Shown here: positions 50,514 to 63,800 of the stretch, in pieces | Layout: every line of letters begins with the position of its first letter | How positions within the stretch are numbered: the first letter of the stretch is position 1 | NCBI GenBank assembly: GCA_035084275.1 | Contig: CM068756.1 | Coordinates: 1,302,001-1,366,000, forward strand | Origin: Hydrolagus colliei | Taxonomy: Eukaryota | Direction of reading: 5' to 3' | DNA: 64,000 nt | The notes under the pieces: model-generated | What the model was told of the DNA's origin: nothing | Seen by the model: the letters and a program-made list of their open reading frames with translations, nothing else | The model's database searches: none | Program-made: the position numbers and the translations under genes

Positions 50514-52390
50514 CATCCTCCCGACCTGACAAGCACTCTATAAACGTAATTTTGTTGTTGTTGTAATTGTAACTTTAACGCAGTTTCGTTCAAAAGCACA
50601 AAACAGAAAAAGTCAAGCTGACAACACGGAGTTAGCATTGGTCAACATCGCCCGGCAATTTACCGTCGTCTTGAAATCACCTCATAATTGTTGTCGCCCA
50701 CCTTTTTGCCTCCGAAAATCTCACTTTGGAGAGAGACAAGTGAGTTTTGACCAGTTTTGGTTTTGGGCAAAATCACGCTATAAATAAATCAAAGCTGAAA
50801 TGCTCAGAAATAATGGGAGTGAAAGAATAGGGTACGGTTTCACAAAACCGCATTTTTAGCCCCATTGCGCCTGAACGTACCGAGCTGTGTTTGAACAATC
50901 AATATTCATCGATATAAAATTGAACAAAGAGCTTCCTGAATCATCCTTGATAAATCACATTTATTTCGCAGCTACACTCGGAGCTGGGAGCTGGGTTTGT
51001 TCTAAAGTCGAGAGGAGGAGGAGGTGTTAATGAGAAGCAAGGTTTTTGCTCGCTTTTGTCCTGCAGCCTGGAATGTGGCAGCTTTGAATTTTATTTAGTG
51101 GATTCCCATTCATTTCTGATGAGACAACAGCTACTTGTTATTGTCAAATCCTCGAGCATTTCTGTTTCCTTTTTACACGAGCCTCTGACAAATGGATCTG
51201 CTTGATTTGTCATTTTCTCATCACTCAACGTGAAAAGATGCTTTGGTGGAAGTTTACGGGTTTGCAAGCCAATAACGTTGCTTAGTATTTGGGGAATTAT
51301 CCCAATTTATTGATTGTTTTTGATGGTACAAGACCTCTAAGGAAGCAGTATTTACAACTGAGAAGCAATGGCCCACAAATCACCAACTGACATGAAAATA
51401 ATTGACAAGTCCACCACTTTAGTACTCTCTCAATGGACAGAGCTAGGGGTATAGAGGGAAGGTGGAGGGAAGTAATGTTTTTATAAGCAAGTAGTCATCA
51501 ATACAAAATCGACATGCAGAATCGACAGCTTTCTTGACTTCTTTACTCCTCTATTAAGCACTGCACGATTCATCTCAGAACACTTTTGGATGCACCAAGA
51601 CAACAGAACAAGAGGATATAGATTTAGAGTTACAGAAACCTTAACACAGAAGGTAATTCACGATTGGAACAATCGTAGTGAGAAGATGGTCGGTGTGTGT
51701 GTGTATATGTGTCCTGGAAGGATGAGAACATCTGAACCAATCTTATAATCTTGTGCAAAACAGTTTAACTGTAGATACTGAGAAGAATCTTCTCACTGAA
51801 ATATAAGGATTATTATCATTATATTATAATAAATGAACAACTTGTATTTGTGCAGCACCTTTCATGTGGTATTGCTTCCACCGTAATCACCATTAGTTAA
51901 ATTCCGAGTGCACAACGCACTACACTTTTGAAAAGCTTACAAAATATTTGTCTGCAATTACAATGTTCTACAATGTCGTGTAACCTTGACCACCAATACC
52001 ATTAGTTATATAATTTAATACATTCTTCTCACAAAACAAAAGTATGCATTTAACCTAAACGAAGGACAACAAAATAGGACGTTTTGAGTAATCCTACACG
52101 TTTAATTGAATTGCGTTCTTTTCAGGTATTCGCTTAAATGAAATTTTCAGCCAATTCTATGATAATTTTATCATTTGTGTTTCTCAAATCCTATTAAGGT
52201 AATTTTATCATGTTATTTCCCACGCTAAGTGTTACTGGAAAAGTAAAAAAAAGTGGACATTAGTAATGTAACTCCAGATACTTCCACACGAATTCTGCTA
52301 TTACGTTTTGGCAATTTTTTTTTTAAAAAGCTGACAAAAAAAATGGAGTGTATTTTATATTCTTTTATTTCAGAAATTTTCTGCGCATCT

Positions 52391-52508
52391 ATTATAATAG
52401 TGATAATCCTTGCATTTGATATAGAGCCTAATCACGTTGTTGAGACGTCTCAAAGCGCTTCACAGAATATACTATGAAGTGAATTGACTGGGTATTCTGT
52501 GGGTGAAA
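52391..52508 (-). mobile_element. SINE 3' fragment
   Basis: ATAATCCTTGCATTTGATATAG...GAGACGTCTCAAAGCGCTTCACAGAATATACT..AAGTGAATTGAC. Confidence 0.9.
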
Positions 52509-55500
52509 TATTGATTGATCTCAATAACCTGCAGCAGTTAACCTCCTCTCCTCCCTCTTCAACAACACAGCTTTGCCAATCCACGTCTTATACTCTCTGA
52601 AATTACATAAGCAAGCTGGATCCCTCCAGGAAAGAAGCACTCATTCCATTCCCAAACCAGGCAAATTTGCACGTGTAGGTTTCTTACACATGTGGAAATC
52701 TCAGTCTGTTTTGGAGACTCTTTTAGCATCGTGAAGGGTTTTCTCATGTCAGACAAGTTGGTTGACCGATTTTTTTTCTTTGCATTTTATACCTTTAAAA
52801 GGCCAACCCTGAAGGAAAGGGAACTCTCGGTCTGACTTACTGAGCCCTGAATTCCCTCGCTCGTACAGCAAACGTCCCATCAGTTGCAAATGTTAAACAG
52901 TTTTATTCAAGTTTCCTAGGGAGGGAGTGGGTGGGTGAGTTTTACATGTGCAGCCGTTTTGTGCTATTCGACCTTCTGTAGTCTAGCTAAAGCTCCCTCC
53001 GTAGGCACTGCTCTCATATTTATTATAGAGTCATGTTTGCTGGCCTCCAGTGATAACCTGTAATATGTAATCTCACACTCATTCGTACGGGGATATAAAA
53101 AATGGCTCTGCTCTCACCTTAAACTGTCCCCAACTGTATATGTTCAACCAACCAACCGCCTATTCAGTCAGGATATTTAGACTGATCGTCTAACGCTTGA
53201 AACAAAGCCAAATGCTAATAAGACTAATCCATTAGAAATGAACCATTAAAACTTCTGTCTATAGGTCAAGTGGCTGCACTGTTAAACCACAGAGTGCTAT
53301 AGTACACAGTTATCTGACAGATCTAATATTTTATTCCCCATTGTACTGCCAGTGCCATATGAAACTAGAGTCTAAACTGTCTCAATAGGTGCCACTGAAT
53401 CACATGCTGCTCTCTCAGAAAAGACGGAATAAAGCCTGGAGTGTTTTCTCTAGGGCGAAATATCGTCGATGCTTTTATGGTGATAAATTGTTGCATCCAT
53501 ACTGACAGTACACTGTAATGACTGGCTAATCTGACCGCATTCGTCGAAGGCAAATTCTGACAGATTAGCTCGCCTGCCACAATCCCAGGTTAGCTTTACA
53601 CAGGATAAAGGGTATCTACTCCACCTGTTCCCCCAAAACACCATGTCAAAGTCACATTAACAAATGTATCATTCGTTACTTTGACATCCGCTGAAGGGAA
53701 ACACGAGGAACACTAAATAAGGGAGTCGGTAAAGGACGCGTAATATCTCTGCGTTCGTCAGTCGGCTTTTCTTGCTGTCCTGACCAGGTTGAATTATTCC
53801 GAGAGCGAGAACGTCTACCAACTGAGCCAACGTGACTCACAACGCACTCCCAGCTACTCCCCCCCCCCCCCCCCCCCGGAGAAGCTTTCGTGTTCCTCTG
53901 CGGCATTTCTACTTCGGAGCTGACAGGCGTTTACTCGGGCGTGACAACGGCCACGCTCCTCTGTCAGATCCGCAGGCCCTGAGCCGAGCTGCTCTCTGTT
54001 GGCCGAATGACAACTCTGAAGGTAAATACGCATTCAGATTATTGCGTCTCAGTCTCAGTCAATAAATGAAATGAAAAGCCAATTCACAAAAGTTTGGGTA
54101 ATGACTGTAGAATTATAGACATTATGGGGCAGTAAGTCATTCAGCTTTAACTACAGCTGTCGAGTAGCACAACTGTGTTGAGTGTAAAGTCATTCATTGG
54201 GATTTTTTTTTAGCGGCTTTCATTATCTAATTTTATCTAATTATCTAACACTACCTGGTGTATCAAAAGTACTTTGTGAGACTCTTGAAACATTCAGCTG
54301 CTCTCTCCAGCCCAGACTAACCCCGGGATACCTGCCCTGTCTTTCATCACTCAAAATATGAAGCGTTCCGAGCATTCGTAAAGTTTCAAAATTCGACCAC
54401 CAAGCGAGTTGCAGCAACAACCCTCAAGATTCCCTTCGGTTTGAGGTTGTTTTTTTTTGTATTTTGATTAAAAAAAAAGAGAGAGAAACCACCATTTTTG
54501 TGAGAAAAAAAACCGCGCGTGCCGTCCTCGCGGTGGAAATCTCCTCTCGTCTGTCCCTCGAGATAATCATAGATAATAAAGGTAGCAATAAATAATAGTT
54601 TGCCAATACAAGTACGTGAGACGGCGGTGTGTGTGTATGACTTTAACGTGTCAAACCTGTTTGCTCCCCGACCCCGTCTTTCAGTTCTGTAAAAATCAGG
54701 TGGGAGTTTGTCCCGCAGCGGGGATTGGAACCGCACCGATGTCAGCGCACTGCGGGCAGCCGCTGATTGCCAGCCACGTGCAACATTTCAATGTGCAGTT
54801 TAAATTGCACACGGGTTCAGGCGCCACACCTCTGCAAATTGTCTCCCCCCGTACTGCTCCGTCTCGCCCCTTTCCGTCTGTATTCCCGTCCCACTTTAAA
54901 ACTGACCTCTACAACTTGGGCTGTGGTCACCTCCTCTCGCTTCCCCTCACTTTGGCGCCTGAGCACACCTGCCAACCCCCCCCCCTCCCCCACCACCCCC
55001 ACCCCCACCCCCCCCCCCTTTATAAAGCACTCCATGACGCGATCCTAAGTAAAGAGCGCTGTACACTATAAATTCAAACTGCTGTGAGAGACACTGAAAT
55101 TATCCTTTTCATCTTTTCCACTCAAACCGACAGTGGTGAGTCGTGTTACCACAATGATTTACCTCGGAACCCTGCAGGAATCCTTGCACTCCCCTTTTCA
55201 GTCTGTTTGCAAGAGTTCAAGGTTTCCGATGTGATGCCAACAACACATGGATGAAGTCATCATGTTAAAGTCACACGATGGTTGTAAAAAAAACATCCAT
55301 TAAAAGTGTTTTTGAAATATGCTTTTTTTAAAAAACAAAACACACTTCTAAAAAGCTGAGTTACGCTGGTGGCTCAATTAATGATATACTTTGTAAAAAT
55401 ATTTCTCCAATTCGCTGAGCTGGTTGGGCCTAGAGGAGATATTGGGCTATTACAATGGGTCTTAGTTGCTGTTGATCAGGGAAGTAGAGGAGTGGGGGAG

Positions 55501-58500
55501 AAATCTGCCCAGGTTCACTCCTGAACATGTGCATGTGTGGAAGTCAAACAAGGGACAGGATCAGGCTCCATAATGCCATCCACGGCTGAATTTCATGCAG
55601 ACGTTAACCCTCTAAACCCGCACTTGAAGAATGGCCACTTGGACGAAATATCATCTCATCTCATCTCATCTAATCATGTCCAGGGTGAGGGAGGTGAGGA
55701 CAAGGGATACGACAATAGTGGAATTTAAAAAAAAATTGGGAATAGTACTTTTTCCAAAAGCAAAACCACAGACGTTGCCAAAACAAAAAAGCTGCTGAAA
55801 TATGAAGCTTCTCCTCCTTGATAGACAGCCAACGTCACAAACAACAAGCACACGTTTGGAACAGTCTGTGTTAGCCTGGGCAAGAATTTCTCACAATATA
55901 CGGAGACAATATCCTGTTATCACGCGGAAGAAAAATATACAACTGGAATCGGGATATCCATTTTACAACGACAATAATCTCGACTCTCTATCAGACCGTG
56001 ACCAAACAGCTTTGCCCAAAGGGAGCTGAGAGTCGTTTTAGAAGCGAGTTCAGCTCTAGGATCTGTGAGGCTCCGACTGGGAAGATAATTAGGACGAATA
56101 TCCTTCACCTCTCCCCTCCTCCCCCCTCCGCAAAAACACCCCCCACCCCCCCCCACACACACACACACACCAAAGCACATCCTCTCTCTCCCTCTCTCAA
56201 ATGGCCCCAGCTATAAATTCCATGCATCACCTTTGCTCGCTCACAGCTCAGCACCACACAGCGGGGGCCCAATGTGCAATCAGTTTTATTTCCATATGGG
56301 CAGGGGTCAAGCACGTAGCATCCACCGGTTTGGCTGGAGCTTCAACGGGTCCCGCTGTTCCTCACGGGCCTCAGGAAATTCCACAGAGCTCACAGGTGTG
56401 AGGAACAATGCGTGGGGCTGAGCCAAAGCACAGGCTTTTTTTTTTTTACAGACTGCTCTACATGGGAGCACTACAGGCTGCTCCCTCCGACATGACGCTT
56501 TCATTAAAGAGCCTGAATTCATTTCAGTCGCAAGTTAAAACTGATTTATCCTCCGCTGACTTCTTCAGACCGGAAGCAAAGGGGAGATGCCTCCTGAACT
56601 CTCGCAGCTTCAGGGGCCTGCAATTCAACCTACACCTACCTATCCCTCACGACCGGTTATGTCATAAAATCCCTCACTTCAACGTCAAATCTCGGGAGCG
56701 GTTCCCTTACCGGGAGGTGCGGAGATTTGAAGGCAAAACGGTGGTATGGGCTAAGACTAGGTGGAAAGTAGGGCCTTCTGTCTCACAAAGCCAAGGTAGA
56801 TTACTACGCATTGTGACTGTATTCCAGGTTTCGGTATTTTATGCCTCATTTGAACATTTGATATTTAACATTTGATTTAACACTTGGCTGTGCTGAGCTG
56901 TGATGTGAGCGAGCAAAGGTAACCAACGGAATTGATAGTCAGGAACCATTTGAGAGAGTGTGTGTAACTGAAGGAGGATGGGCTTTGGGGGTGGGGGTGG
57001 TGTGGGGGGGTGGTGTGGGGGCTTGGGCAGAGGAGGGCTGAGTTGAAGGATATTCTGATATTTCAATATTTTATATTGCTAGGCTATCAGATTCAGGAAG
57101 ATTCCCTTCCCTGAGGCGATGGAAACTGATTAAAGCTCTCTCTGGTGTGCTACCCTGTGGGAAGGGCATTGTATAAATGCAAGTTGTCGTCGTTCACCCC
57201 ATCGCTAGACTGCACGAGATCAGTTAACCAAACACAGGCCAAATTAACACAGCATTGGTATTCACTGCAATCGCATTAATATTCTGTCTAAACCATACTG
57301 TCAGCATCTGATGGAGAGAGGGGGAATGGTTGGAAGGTAAGGAGTCGGGAAAATATCCCAGGGGATCAGTTGTGTAAGGTAGGAGTTTGGTGGGGGTAGT
57401 GGCTCTGTGTGGGGCCCGCTTCAACCTCTCGGCTTCATCTCAAACGCAGCTGACAAGGCCTCAACCTCGGGTCTCGCTCTGGGTTAAGGCAAACCGGGGG
57501 CAAAACCAAGGCTTTGAGCCCAGTGGTGGCAACGGTGTGGACGGATTAATAGAAAAGCAATCTCATTGCCAGTGTGTGCTGCCGGCCTGATCCGCACCGT
57601 AAAACTTTGCATACTGATCAGACTGAAAGGTCCCAGCAGTTGCTGTACGCTCTACATTATTTTTTCAATTAACAGGGCTCCTGGGTACCATGGGGATTCC
57701 TGCTTGCTGAGGGAAAGACACTCACTGCCAGCCCGGGGGGGAAACTCCTCTCCTCAATGTTGAGATGCTTTAGGCATGCCCGGAAGGGCTGTGCTGTTAA
57801 AGTATAAATTACCTGGTGATTAACAACCAAGTGTAATCAGATTTTTTACATATATATATATATATTTAAAAAAAAACAGCAGCTCATTAGTTTTCGAAGG
57901 TTCTTTTGTTCCAAGACAGTAGATCGCTTCTATCTCGACAGTGAGCTGGAAAGTGTTGAAATCCACACAAGGACGAACCGGCACGGGAACACTTTCAGGA
58001 AGAGTGCGTGCTGAATTAAAGAGATCTCGGCTTGTATAAGAGCAACGGGGGCTTTACCTCAGCATTTGAGGTGGTTGCCACTGACAAGCCCCTGGTAACA
58101 GAATAGACAGCTTGATTGTTCAATAATGTGCGTGCCATCAACCGACTTCCACAATCCACTGCCAGCCAGCGAGGGTTATAAAGGATGACCGCAGCATTTA
58201 ACATCATGGATTTTTAGATAATGAGCGCTTAATGTCCACTTCCAATTTTGTTTGTACAAAAAAGCCAATAATAAATATGTCTTCTGTTGCCTGAAAGTTT
58301 TTCCCCTTTTGTTCAGGTAACCCTTTTGTTTCAAACGTGGAAAAACATGGGGTGGGGGGTGGGGGGGGGGCGGGAATGCCACGAGGCTGTGCTTAGCCAA
58401 GAGCTCAATGCCGTGTTTCAATCATTTTCCTTTTCCTCTCTCCTCTCCCTTTCCTTCCCACTCTGTGTTGATGCGGATTTAACCCCTAAAGGCTTATGTT

Positions 58501-59778
58501 AGCATCGTATATGCAATACTGTGTCAGGTAAGCATAAATGTTCAGGTAACGTCGATTTAGAATGAAGAGGGCCCTTTAGCCTGTCTGATCATATCCTTCC
58601 AGAATACCCACTCGACCACCCTCCCATCAAAACACTGGACCATCTATTAAGTGAAAACAATGTTAAGGTTTGCGGGGCGAATGCTTGGAAATAGAATTAA
58701 CAATAACTGAGGGAAACCTACAGCGGTGGAACAGACTGGGCTGCTGATAACGTTATTTTCAACAAACCTCTCTGGTTGATCTGATCATACCGAGAGCAGA
58801 AAAGCCCCTACAGTTTTTGTTATTTCGGAACAAACAGGACAGCTCAATGAGTAAAGAATGAGAGGTGGGAATAAATCACTGGGAAAACTGTCGAAGCCCA
58901 GTTCTCAAACTTCCAGGTCACACGTGGCCACGAAAGCATTCGCAGGCAGGTTGCGGTTTGTGGTTTAGCCAACACCGAGAGGAGTCGACAGTCTATCAGG
59001 TCTGGTGTGTGTGTAAAAAAAAAAAAAAAAAAAATCCAATAAAACCTTTCAATTATCAGAGGAACAAATCAGTGTGTTCAAGTTCAGCGAGGTCGCATCT
59101 CCCAGGCTCCCGTCTCATTCTCAACAGCCGCACGAGCAGAGGACGGACGGATGGACGAACGGACGGACGCACAGGAGGAGAGCGCTCGCTCAGAGATGGG
59201 TGAAAATCCCCCAAATTCAGTCCTTTTGGTTTTTTTTTTTTTTTAAAAAGAAGCGAAAATAATTATGGAGGTTTGAGCACACAGATCGAGGTCCGACGAG
59301 AGAGTGCGCACTCGGCTGCTTACACTGTTTGTTTAAAGGCTGCTGAATGCTTTTCAATTTTGCAAGGTGACAAGGTAATCTTCAGCAACAGACAGATGGA
59401 TGGACGGACGGCACCAGAACATAAATCCCCTCCCTTCCCCCGCTTCGTGAAACACGCTGGGATTAAAAACAAACCATCTTGATTTATCTGTGAGGCGCAG
59501 TGGCTGGTAGTAAAGCACGTGCTTAACCCTTCGCACTCCGAGAGCATGCTGCCATTTTAGTGTGAAGCGCCAGGTCTCCAAAATCTTGTGGAAATATAAG
59601 GTGCCTGGAATGACCCATTAAGGACGCAAACGTGGCACGTAGATAAGCAGAAATAGTCTTTGGTGTGTTGTACATCTTGCACATTGTTCTATTGATAATA
59701 TTATTTATTATTGTGATTCTATTATTGCGTCAAAGTTTGCACTGCAGCGGATCTGACAGCATCTTCAGCAACTCCTTT

Positions 59779-59980
59779 CATAGAATTATAGAGTGGTGAC
59801 AGCACATTCATAGGCTCTTGAGCCCATAGTGTCAACCTGCCCATTGGAGCTGACTCTCCTAATCCCATTATGCTGCCTGTTATTCCGTACCCTTTATTAT
59901 TATTTTTTCCTCAAGTGTTTATCCTTGAGGTTGCTTTCAACTCTGTTCAAGTAGAATGCTCACCCTTCCAGCCACTTCGT
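59779..59980 (-). mobile_element. CR1-clade 3' end, degenerate
   Basis: Plus strand CATAGAATTATAGA...ACAGCAC...GCCCAT...CTAATCCC...CCGTACCCT...CTCAAGTGTTTATCC is the reverse complement of a CR1 3'UTR/ORF2 end. Confidence 0.6.
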
Positions 59981-60649
59981 TTTGGGGATCACAGCAGTAA
60001 CCCTGACCCAGCCTGACATAAGACGCAGCCTTTAATCTCCTCCATGTGTCTGCAGGAAAGAAGGGCGGTGCCTCTAACTGACCACACTGCCTTCCTCGCT
60101 CTGCGTGCAATTGAATTTCATGGAAGGTCAAGTCTACAGCATTGCAAGTGCTTGCTTGCCAGCAAACCTTGGGCTGGTACCCAGAGTCAGCCGATTTGGA
60201 ATCACTCCAAGTACCAAAAGAGAAAAGGTACAGCCATGTATTAAATATTAAGAGCACTGTACGCTCACAGTTTATGTGAACGTAATTCTCGGGTTTAGAA
60301 AGCTGGAGAACGTCAAACAGTTTTATTTAATGTGCGCTGTAATTGCAACTTCACTTATTAATTTGTTGAAAAGAAATCCTGAATTTGCTCCACATAAGTA
60401 GATAAGTAGTTTGGCTCTTGTCGGCAACTACCTGCCCACCTCTGGCTCAGATTGCATTGTCCTCTTTGCTTGCTCATTCAGCCTCAACCTGGTCGTGTGC
60501 AGTCTCAAGAGTTCTGTTCAAGCCCGATTTATACTCCGAAGCTGATTCATCACCAGTCCATCTCCTTCCCACCACTAGAAGGTTGTCCAGTGCTGCTCTG
60601 CCACGATCACAGCTGATACACTTATCCAGGCCTTGTCACCTCAGGGATA

Positions 60650-60890
60650 GACTATTCGAAAAATAGAAGGGAGTTTCTCCCAGTATCCTGGCTAATAATC
60701 CCCCAAATATTATTGGTCATTCATGTCACTGCTGTTTCTGAGGCACTTGCCTAAAACACTCAAGTCACTTCTCCTTCACATTAAATCCCGTGAAGTGCTG
60801 TGTCAAATGCAAGAATTGCTGGATTCTTGTAAAACACTTTGGTGAGACATTGTTTTATGTAAATGGCGCTATATAAATGCAAGTTATGGC
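60650..60890 (+). mobile_element. Deu-type SINE fragment with L2-type tail
   Basis: ACTATTCGAAAAATAGAAGGGAGTTTCTCCCAGTATCCTGGCTAA...GGTCATTCATGTCACTGCTGTTT...GGCGCTATATAAATGCAAG. Confidence 0.7.
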
Positions 60891-63800
60891 TCTATGATTA
60901 TTAATGACTATTAGTCTGCAGTTTAAACTTCTGAAGCCCGGGCTCCACTACCTTCATTTCTACCACGTGCTAATTCCCAGATCTGCACCAGTCCCTTGCC
61001 ATTCTATCACACACAATTACCCACACAGATGCTGCCTCAGCCTTTCTCCCCTTCCACCTGTTCACTGCGCAGAAATATTAATTGCTCAGCCTCATGCAAA
61101 GTAACAACTCTACACACGATCCAGAATGCGTCTCGGAGGCTTTATAAATACTATGCCCTATTTGGCCAAATCACTCACTGGTGAAAATATGGAGCTTGTG
61201 TAGACTTTTCACGACTAACAGTTCCCGATGAAGTGACAGCAGTAAGACTGGCTCCTCACGTAGTTTTCACTACCTACTGAGGTGGAGTATTCTGATATTC
61301 TCACTCATTAGTGTCGCCAATGACTGCAAAACCAAGGTCAGGCGAGCTCACGTCCACTCAAGGTGCAAATCTGGATTACTGAATACATTAGGGCAGCCTT
61401 TATTAAAATGATCCCTACAAATCTGGCCACGCGCCAGAGGTCACAGAGCTCAGACCTCGAACAACGCGGCTGTGTAGTCAGCCACAGGGAGATAGGATGA
61501 GACCAGCTTGGGTTGACTCATCTCCCATTTTTCCGCCTCTTTAATGAAGGTCGGCCCACCCAGAGACTCCAAATGTGATGGGCTGACCTCCCCTTCTTCC
61601 AACCCACAGAACGGAGCTAATATTTCCTGTTTTATTGGACCTCAAAATAACAAGCAACAACAATGAACGTGCTCTGTTTCACAGAACAAGAGCGTTGTTC
61701 TGCACTAAGGCAGTGAATGACAGAAAGAGATGAACTTAAAGCATGTTGAGGATCACTCTTTGATAAGCGAATAGTTGTATTTACAGTCAGCTCTGGATCT
61801 ATTAGGGTGAGGATTTCGATAGCTGCCTGTGATGGGCGAGATCAATCGGCCTGCAAACCAAACGCTATCGGATTTCATTTCTCTCTCCCTTTCGCGTGCA
61901 GTAAAAGGGAAGAATTTCTCTCCCTCTCGCCACCCCCCCACTCCCACAACCCTCCGCCCCCCCCCCCCCCCCCCCCCCACTCCCATTCCCACCACCGAAC
62001 CTAAGAGATTTTTTTTCTCCCATCGGGTCATTATTTTAATGAGTGCTTCTGAAATACAATATAAAAATGGTGGGGTCACACCCCATTACTGCACTTCAAA
62101 AAAGAAATGTCACGCTCAAGATTGCTTAACTGCCAGTAAAGAGTCGTAAAGGGGATAACAAATGCTTTTTATCTGTGCGCCTAATGTTCACTGAAATGCT
62201 TTACTTCGATGCCCATTATTAGCAATGGGAGGCGATTAAAGAAATTAGCTTTCCTTTCGCCGGCCGACGACAAGGGCGCGGGCGCAAGTGGGAAGACTGC
62301 ACTGTTCACTGGGGGAATCGTGCCGATCACCCCCAACGTGAACATCGGGTTTCCAGTGTACGTGTTCCTCGGGAGTGAAGCCGCTCTGCGCACCGCTGTG
62401 CCTTGCAATGGCCGTGCCGGTTTTTACCCAGGCTGTGTGTGCTTTGGCACGGCATGAAGGCAGGAAAATCTCCTCACTTCTCTGGGCTGCTGTGCAAACA
62501 TTCCAGATAAGAGGAACGGCACCGCAGGGCGCTTTCTGCTGCTCTGGGCTGGCATCCAGAGGACGTTTTGATAGATGCAAAGAGCACCTGTCTGCAAACC
62601 CGCACACCCCCCCCCCCTCCCACCCACCCACCCAACCCCCACCTCCCCTCCCTACCCTCATACACCACACACGCACACCACCTCCCCCCCCACCCCACAC
62701 ACACACACACACACACCCACACAAGTACGTACATACAATTCGTCAGAGCCACTGCCGCTGAAAGCACAGCCTGCCTGCCACCTCTGCCAAGAGCAGCTTC
62801 TGTTTCACATTACTACCACTGTAGAACAACACATTCAGTTGCTGCGTCGCAGCAAGCTTAGTCAGAGCCCTGCTGAAACATTAGCGTCCTTCCTGTCAAC
62901 TCACTGGGCTTCGCAAAACGCCTGCCAAACAAGCAGCTGTCAGGCCGCGGATTCAAAGCTGCAGCGCTGCTACCCGCGGATGCTGCTGTGACACACTGCA
63001 AGCATTCACGAAGGCAGATGCCCGTCGGCAGCAAGCTTGTTGAAAATAACTGATAACAATCGGAATCCTCGCTTTCGACAAGAGCGCCTTATCACGTCGT
63101 GAAGTCGTCTCGAAGTGGATGGTCTCACAAACACACTACAGGTGGATGCTACAATACTCTGACATAACATTGCATCGGTTTCCACCCGCCCCCCCTCCCC
63201 GCCGCCCCCCCTCCCCGCCGCCCGTCCGAGTTGAAATTCAAAGCACTCTCGATGCGTTTAAACCTCAATATTATGGGGCTCGTTCTATTGACTCATAAGT
63301 GAAAGCATGCGAGAAAAACAAATAAGACTTTCGCCGATTATTTGCTCCTTAATAGTATTGAGTTTTGTACGGACGGATACATTATGCAACCAGCATATGC
63401 AAGGCATCTTAACCGCTCATGGACCAGCTGGTGTGGGACAAGATAATTAGTGCATTCTTCTGTTAATTACAATTTTTATTTAATTAATCAGGGGAGTCAT
63501 TAGGACCAATTTCAGGGCAATTTCTTCGAGCCGTGGAGGCTTTTGATCAGGTGGGAGAAATTAAGGTCTGACAAGTGCAAGTGAAAGGCCCAACTCAACT
63601 GCTTGCTGCTTGTGCCAAGGCCTCGCTGTCTGCCCGGGGACAGATTACCAGCCGACGGATCCAGCACCAGGAATCTGGGGCAGGGGCAGGATCATTGCCT
63701 GGCACTTTGCACTAATTTGATTCAAATCACCTCACAGAAGCCGAGCTTTTACTTAGAATTACACAAAACCGCCCGGCGTAAATTACTCTGTGCCGTTCAC

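Noticed and set aside
50570-50900. Possible palindromic MITE relics (also ~955-1145 and ~39670-39920)
   Set aside because: Only short (7-9 bp) inverted matches; no clear terminal inverted repeats or target-site duplications could be defined by eye.
62181-62991. Stack of 70-160 aa ORFs on both strands
   Set aside because: They run through poly-C and (CA)n tracts that lack stop codons; low-complexity translations (PPPP, HTHT, CVCV).
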